DNA from: an uncultured delta proteobacterium | Lineage (GTDB): Bacteria; Desulfobacterota; Desulfobacteria; Desulfobacterales; JAFDCJ01 | Reading direction: 5' to 3' | DNA length: 64,000 nt | Assembly: GCA_963769935.1 (NCBI GenBank) | Contig: CAVYNY010000013.1 | Coordinates: 352,001 to 416,000 of the forward strand | Shown here: positions 59,126 through 64,000 of the stretch, in pieces | How positions within the stretch are numbered: the stretch's first letter is position 1 | How the letters are laid out: each line of letters begins with the position of its first letter | Made by a program: the position numbers and the translations under genes | Notes under the pieces: model-generated | Databases searched by the model: none | What the model was told of the DNA's origin: nothing | What the model saw: only the letters and a program-made list of their open reading frames with translations

Positions 59126-61432
59126 TCAAGGTCGATGCGATCTGTTGGACACAAACTTGTCGCCCGAAGCCTTCAATGCTTCCCGGACCCCGCGGATAGT
59201 GGTCCGGGCCAGAAGCGCGGCGGCGTAATCCCGGGCTTCGGCAATCTTTATGCCCGCTGCAGCTTGCTGGATCGCCGGTAAAAAGCTGGGATAAACACTG
59301 AAAATTCGAACCCCGATGCCGAGTAGAAAAGGAATATAGTCGGTTTCATGGGCCAGTTCACCGCATACGGACAGCTCCTTGCCGGCCTTTTCCGCTGCCG
59401 TAGCGATTTTGGACAGGCCCCTGAGTACCGCCGGGTGCCACGGCTCATAGTATTCGGCCACTTTGTCGTTCGATCGGTCGACGGCCAGCATGTACTGGAC
59501 GAAATCGTTGGTTCCGATAGACATGAAATCCGCTTCCGCCGCTATTTCATCAATTATCTCCAGCAGGGACGGGACTTCGATCATAATACCGATCAGCGGA
59601 TTTTTATGATGGGGGAAGTTGTTGTGTTTGAGATCGGCCAGACAATCGTCCACCGCCACTCTGGCCGACCTGAATTCATCCAGCGAGCCGATCATCGGAA
59701 ACATGATGCGCAGATCGTTAAAATCGGCTGCTGCTCTGAGAATGGCACTCAGCTGCTGTTGAAAAAGATCACGATGGCGCAGGGATAACCGAATGGCTCT
59801 TAATCCCAGGTCGGGATTCGACTCCCGGGATGTATCGGAATAGGACAGCAATTTATCGCCGCCCAGATCAAGGGTACGAATGGTCACCGGTCGGCCGGAC
59901 ATATCGTCGAACAGACGCCGATACACCGTGTATTGCTCTTCTTCCGAAGGTATTTCGGATCGAATCAAAAAGGGAAACTCCGTCCGATAAAGACCGACGC
60001 CTTCAGCCTTGAGCTCGCGCGCCAGAATCAAATCACGCAGCAAGTTGATGTTCGCCAGCAATCGAAGGCGCGTGCCGTCCCGGGTTTGCGTCACGGCTTG
60101 CATCGATTCGGCCAGGGAGGCGATAACCGCATGGATATCCTTCTGGGATTCAAACTGCTTGACGATCCTGGCCGACGGCTCCACGTATATATTGCCGATC
60201 TCAGCATCCATCAATACGGGAGTACCGTCGGGGATTTGCAGCAACTCCTCACGGTCGGCGATGATCATGGGGATCTGCAGGGAGCGGGCCAGAATGGCCA
60301 CATGCGAAGTTGCCCCGCCGCTGACCAGAATAATGCCTTTCACATCGTCAGATGCTATTTTCAAAACATCGGACGGGTAAAGCTTGTTGGCAATCACGAC
60401 GCGATTTCCACTAAAATACGTCTCTTGCCCGTTTGATTGTCTGAGATTGGCCAGCAGGCGCTCGGCAAGATCTTCGACATCGTGCGCTTTTTCCCGCAAA
60501 AGCGGATGACTGCTCGATGAAAATAAAGCCGCATAATGTTCGGAGACCGAACGGATGGCCTGGGCGACCGGTATTTTTTGACTGACGCGCGTCTTTATTT
60601 CCTCAACGAAATGAGCATCTTTGAGCATCATTATGTGGGCCGTAAAGATCAGTGAGGCACTCTCCGGCAGGCGCTCTGCAAAGCGGGACTGCATTTCTTT
60701 GATCTGCTCGACCGTTGCCAGCATTGCCCTTTGAAAATCGTTGAGCGTGTGCCCCGGATCGGATTCATGGTCCTCATTCAGCCGGGCGCCATGGTTTTTG
60801 TCGAGCCGCATGGAAGGCCCGAACGCAAAGCCGCCTGAGACTGTAACCCCTTTGATGAATTGCAGCCGGTCTTTAAAAATCTTGACTCGGGGAAGCTTTT
60901 GTTGGTGCCGGTTGTGATCCATTAGAAAGCGTGCATTTCCAATGGCGCCGGCCAGCTGGGACGCAATCGCCCGCATGGCAATCACGTCGCGATGATCGAA
61001 GTAGTCGCGTTTTTCGTGCTGCACGACCAGCACGCCGATTTTTTCCACCCCCCTGAGAATGGGCACGCCAAGCAGGGAATTAAATCGATCTTCTTCAGCT
61101 TCTTCAAAATATTTAAACCGCGGGTTGCGGCTGGCGAAACCTTCATTTATGGGTCCCCGGCTTTCAAAGATCGTGCCCACCAGGCCTTCACCCACTTGCA
61201 TGCGCACCCGGCCGACGGCAGCCGGATTCAATCCAATGGTTGCTTCCAGAACCAGCTCTTCATTTTCCTCATCGAGCAGATAAATTGAGCAAACATCCGC
61301 ATCCATATGCCGGTTGACCATTGCCACCGTTTGCCGTAAAAAGGATTCGATATTGTCACTGCCCGTTAGAAGAGCGGCCAATTCGGAAACGTCGCACAAC
61401 AGGTCTAAATGCTCACGGTTTTTTCTCGTCAT
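59126..61432 (-). CDS. ptsP: GAF-domain phosphoenolpyruvate-protein phosphotransferase (EI-Ntr-like)
   Basis: N-terminal GAF (CSIYL, GEGLVG), TSHVAILAR, GVGLYRTEF, RTLDLGGDK, LGLRAIR, SIGTND, CGE. Confidence 0.93.
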   Translation of the reverse strand: MTRKNREHLDLLCDVSELAALLTGSDNIESFLRQTVAMVNRHMDADVCSIYLLDEENEELVLEATIGLNPAAVGRVRMQVGEGLVGTIFESRGPINEGFASRNPRFKYFEEAEEDRFNSLLGVPILRGVEKIGVLVVQHEKRDYFDHRDVIAMRAIASQLAGAIGNARFLMDHNRHQQKLPRVKIFKDRLQFIKGVTVSGGFAFGPSMRLDKNHGARLNEDHESDPGHTLNDFQRAMLATVEQIKEMQSRFAERLPESASLIFTAHIMMLKDAHFVEEIKTRVSQKIPVAQAIRSVSEHYAALFSSSSHPLLREKAHDVEDLAERLLANLRQSNGQETYFSGNRVVIANKLYPSDVLKIASDDVKGIILVSGGATSHVAILARSLQIPMIIADREELLQIPDGTPVLMDAEIGNIYVEPSARIVKQFESQKDIHAVIASLAESMQAVTQTRDGTRLRLLANINLLRDLILARELKAEGVGLYRTEFPFLIRSEIPSEEEQYTVYRRLFDDMSGRPVTIRTLDLGGDKLLSYSDTSRESNPDLGLRAIRLSLRHRDLFQQQLSAILRAAADFNDLRIMFPMIGSLDEFRSARVAVDDCLADLKHNNFPHHKNPLIGIMIEVPSLLEIIDEIAAEADFMSIGTNDFVQYMLAVDRSNDKVAEYYEPWHPAVLRGLSKIATAAEKAGKELSVCGELAHETDYIPFLLGIGVRIFSVYPSFLPAIQQAAAGIKIAEARDYAAALLARTTIRGVREALKASGDKFVSNRSHRP

Positions 61433-61676
61433 GGCTTCTTTCCTGATACCAGGCATATATCATTAGGCTTGCCAACACTGCGTTCGGTCGATTCGACCCT
61501 ATACGGTAGTTTTAAAATCAACCGTAATTCGGCGATTGCAAAATTATTTATGGGTATAAATACCATTTTTGGGGAAAAAATAAAGAGCATTTCAATTGTG
61601 ATTTTCACCATCTCCTGATATAAATACTAAAGTGTTAACTGTAACTTCCTTTCATTTTATGAAAATTTTGTTTCCA

Positions 61677-61735
61677 GCACGAAAACACGAAATTAAAAAA
61701 GCACGAAATTTGTCTTTTCTCCTTTTCGTGTTTTT
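61677..61735. repeat. Inverted 8-mer tandem repeat (CACGAAAA)
   Basis: GCACGAAAACACGAAATTAAAAAAGCACGAAATT ... TTTTCGTGTTTT. Confidence 0.7.
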
Positions 61736-61870
61736 GCCTGCCCGGTTAAACCTTTTTTCTCTGTTTAACCGGGGTCCTTTCGCAATTAATTCCTTTTTTG
61801 GTTCCGGCTTGTCCGGGTTAAGGTCTGGTGATTTAGATTCGGAAACAGAAAGTCTGACTGGGATCTGCCA

Positions 61871-63271
61871 ATGAAATCAATTCTGGTGGTAAGCCGAGCG
61901 GAACACGCCTATGAACGCATTCTGTCGGTATTCAAATCAAACGACACAGTGAAAAAGGCTGCGGAAAGGACATCGGCGCTGGAGCTTCTCCATAAGAAGC
62001 GATTTGATATGATTTTCATTGATTTGAATGTGCTGAATAACATCGATGCCGGTGAGAATTACCAGGAAGCCCTGATGCCTTTCTGGCAGTTGCATCCATC
62101 CGTGGAAATCATTGTCATGACACCTCAGGAAAAGATACGCAGCGCCGTCAAAGCTGTCAAAGCCGGCGCCAGTGATTATCTCACCTACCCGCTGGACGCC
62201 GAAGAATTGAAGTTGGTATCGGAAAATATAAACAAAACCAGAATGTTGCAGTCTGAGCTGGACTACCTGCGGGGTCAATTCGGACGAACGGACTTATGTG
62301 AGCTTTTAATGACCCACAGCGAACCGATGAAGAAGGTTTATCAACAAATCCGGTCTGTATCCCCGACCAAGAGTACCGTGCTGCTGATCGGTGAAACCGG
62401 AACCGGCAAGAGCGTCCTGTCAAAGCTGATTCATCGGCAGAGCAACCGCAAAGATGCGCCGTTTATCAGCTTCCATTGCGGCGCTATACCGGACACATTG
62501 ATCGAAAGTGAATTGTTTGGACACGAAAAGGGGTCTTTCACCGGAGCGGTGCGCCGAAAATTAGGCAAATTCGAATTTGCAACGGGCGGTACGATTTTTC
62601 TGGATGAGATCGGCACGATCACTCCGGCAGCTCAAATCAAACTGTTGCAGGTTCTGCAGGACGGAACGTATCAACGGGTCGGCGGCGAAGAGACCCTGAA
62701 AACCGATGTCAGGATTATTACGGCCACGAATGCCGACCTTAAAAAAATGTGCGACGAGGGAACGTTCAGAAAGGATCTGTATTACCGACTGAATGTTTTT
62801 CCGATTGAGATTCCGCCCCTGCGGGAAAGATTGGATGATATCCCGCTGTTTATCGACACTTTTTTAAAAAAACTGAACCAATTTTCACAAAAAAAGATTC
62901 ACGGCGTGCACCCGCTGGTAATAGAGTTTTTTCAGAAGTACGCCTGGCCGGGTAACATCCGGGAACTGGAAAATCTGGTCGAAAGAGCCTGTATCCTGGA
63001 AGTCTCCTCTGTATTGACGCCGGAAAGTTTTCCCGGCGAACTCTTCGATCCCGAAACGACCTCTGTATTTATTCCTTCCAGTGAGCATATGAATCTGGCG
63101 GAGGCCAGGCAGCGGGGCATAGAGGAAATCGAAAGGAAATATATCAAGGATGTTCTAACCCGCAACAAAGGCCGGATTAATGAATCCGCCGGCGATGCCG
63201 GCATAAGTTCCCGTCAGCTGAATAAATTGATGAACCGCTACGGCATACGTAAAGAAGAGTTTAAAGTTTAA
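61871..63271 (+). CDS. sigma54-dependent activator with atypical receiver domain, paralog 2
   Basis: GETGTGKS, FHCGAIP, GSFTGA, FLDEI, GNIREL, HTH SAGDAGISSRQLNKLM; collinear with 50832-52238. Confidence 0.93.
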   Translation: MKSILVVSRAEHAYERILSVFKSNDTVKKAAERTSALELLHKKRFDMIFIDLNVLNNIDAGENYQEALMPFWQLHPSVEIIVMTPQEKIRSAVKAVKAGASDYLTYPLDAEELKLVSENINKTRMLQSELDYLRGQFGRTDLCELLMTHSEPMKKVYQQIRSVSPTKSTVLLIGETGTGKSVLSKLIHRQSNRKDAPFISFHCGAIPDTLIESELFGHEKGSFTGAVRRKLGKFEFATGGTIFLDEIGTITPAAQIKLLQVLQDGTYQRVGGEETLKTDVRIITATNADLKKMCDEGTFRKDLYYRLNVFPIEIPPLRERLDDIPLFIDTFLKKLNQFSQKKIHGVHPLVIEFFQKYAWPGNIRELENLVERACILEVSSVLTPESFPGELFDPETTSVFIPSSEHMNLAEARQRGIEEIERKYIKDVLTRNKGRINESAGDAGISSRQLNKLMNRYGIRKEEFKV

Positions 63272-63275
63272 ATCC

Positions 63276-63420
63276 GGAATCCAAAATTCCGGGTATCAAA
63301 AATATCGGAATCTGCAATTCCTAACCCATCGTCTCACAAACCCCCACAGTCGGCTTTATTTTCACGTCCCATCAGCCGTCCCTGTTCGCCCCCCTGCAGC
63401 GAGTCGGAACCAATGGTTCC
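63276..63420. promoter_or_regulatory. Three palindromic activator sites
   Basis: GGAA-TCCAAAA-TTCC (63276-63290), GGAA-TCTGCAA-TTCC (63307-63321), GGAA-CCAATGG-TTCC (63406-63420). Confidence 0.78.
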
Positions 63421-63474
63421 GAAATTAATTTCATCCAAATAAAATAATAATACAATTTCAATACGTTAGGAATT

Positions 63475-63490
63475 TGGCATCAGGATTGCA
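63475..63490 (+). promoter_or_regulatory. sigma54 promoter
   Basis: TGGCAT-CAGGA-TTGCA. Confidence 0.8.
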
Positions 63491-63518
63491 CTGCATAGCT
63501 GTTCAAAAAGCCAGGATA

Positions 63519-63758
63519 ATGAAAGCAACATCTATGGACAGCATAAGAGGCATCGTCATACCTTCAGATTGGGACAGCAACGGCAATGTAATCTCGCTTT
63601 CGATTGCAACCCGTGATGAGGAAGAATACATCATTGAAAACCATCATGATCTCTCAGATCTAAAAAAGCTTTTGAGACGGGAAGTGGTGGTGAACGGTTC
63701 CATCAAATGCCGCAATAATTCTAAAGTTATCGACGTGAAGTCCATTCGGGTTGAATAA
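63519..63758 (+). CDS. Small beta-rich hypothetical protein, paralog C
   Basis: IRGIVIPSDWDSNGNVISLSIATRDEEEYIIE...REVVVNG; AGGA upstream. Confidence 0.85.
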   Translation: MKATSMDSIRGIVIPSDWDSNGNVISLSIATRDEEEYIIENHHDLSDLKKLLRREVVVNGSIKCRNNSKVIDVKSIRVE

Positions 63759-64000
63759 GGCGTTCCGTCGTATCCGGCAGCTTCGCAAATGTCCCTGACC
63801 CTGCAACCCCTCAAATCGGTATCTGTCAGCTATTCCTCAGGTTAGTCGGCCCAGCCGACGGAGAAAATCCCTTGATATTGGCCTGGTTTGGCGCAGCGGT
63901 TTTTACATTGCAGCGATAAACTTCGCTTATTTTTGGGCCAATCATTGCGAGGGGAGTCCCTTTGAAAAATTATTGCGCCGGATATCGAAATGAGGAGAAC

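Noticed and set aside
63770..63860. c-di-AMP (ydaO) riboswitch suggested by GTCAGCTA
   Set aside because: Only one short word matches; the other conserved segments are not visible. An Rfam scan would settle it.

Overview
Bacterial chromosomal window. The gene content and intergenic repeat style suggest a Desulfobacterota/Desulfobacterales-like anaerobe (inference). No rRNA, tRNA, CRISPR, phage or transposase genes were seen. 0-20 kb is metabolic: aceE-aceF-lpdA, an FAD-linked oxidase plus hydroxyacid-oxoacid transhydrogenase, an ArsB/NhaD transporter plus eIF-2B-like protein, USP, acyl-CoA synthetase, 3-hydroxyacyl-CoA dehydrogenase-like protein, PAS-sigma54 activator, hydantoinase plus HDAC, and epmA. 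20-64 kb looks like a stress/ion-homeostasis region: MscK-like channel, LonC-like protease, Hsp20, CorA, PiT/DUF47, orphan clpX, TRAP transporter, GDH-CBS fusion, diadenylate cyclase-YbbR fusion, YitT, DUF1611/epimerase, ptsP and two paralogous sigma54 activators. The main candidate for an undescribed system has three linked parts. (1) A sigma54-driven operon: lysine-2,3-aminomutase-like radical SAM enzyme, two Ddl-like ATP-grasp enzymes and a GNAT-HDAC-GNAT fusion. (2) A repeated palindrome (G/A)GAA-N7-TTC(C/T) sitting 51-54 bp from five sigma54-type promoters, plus 31-32 bp-spaced pairs. (3) Three paralogous ~80-97 aa proteins under sigma54-type promoters, two of them next to activators with degenerate receiver domains. 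Also present: two copies of a 156 bp MITE with TAA/TTA target duplications, many short-unit inverted tandem repeats, four gene remnants, and several single-base frameshifts that may be sequencing errors.
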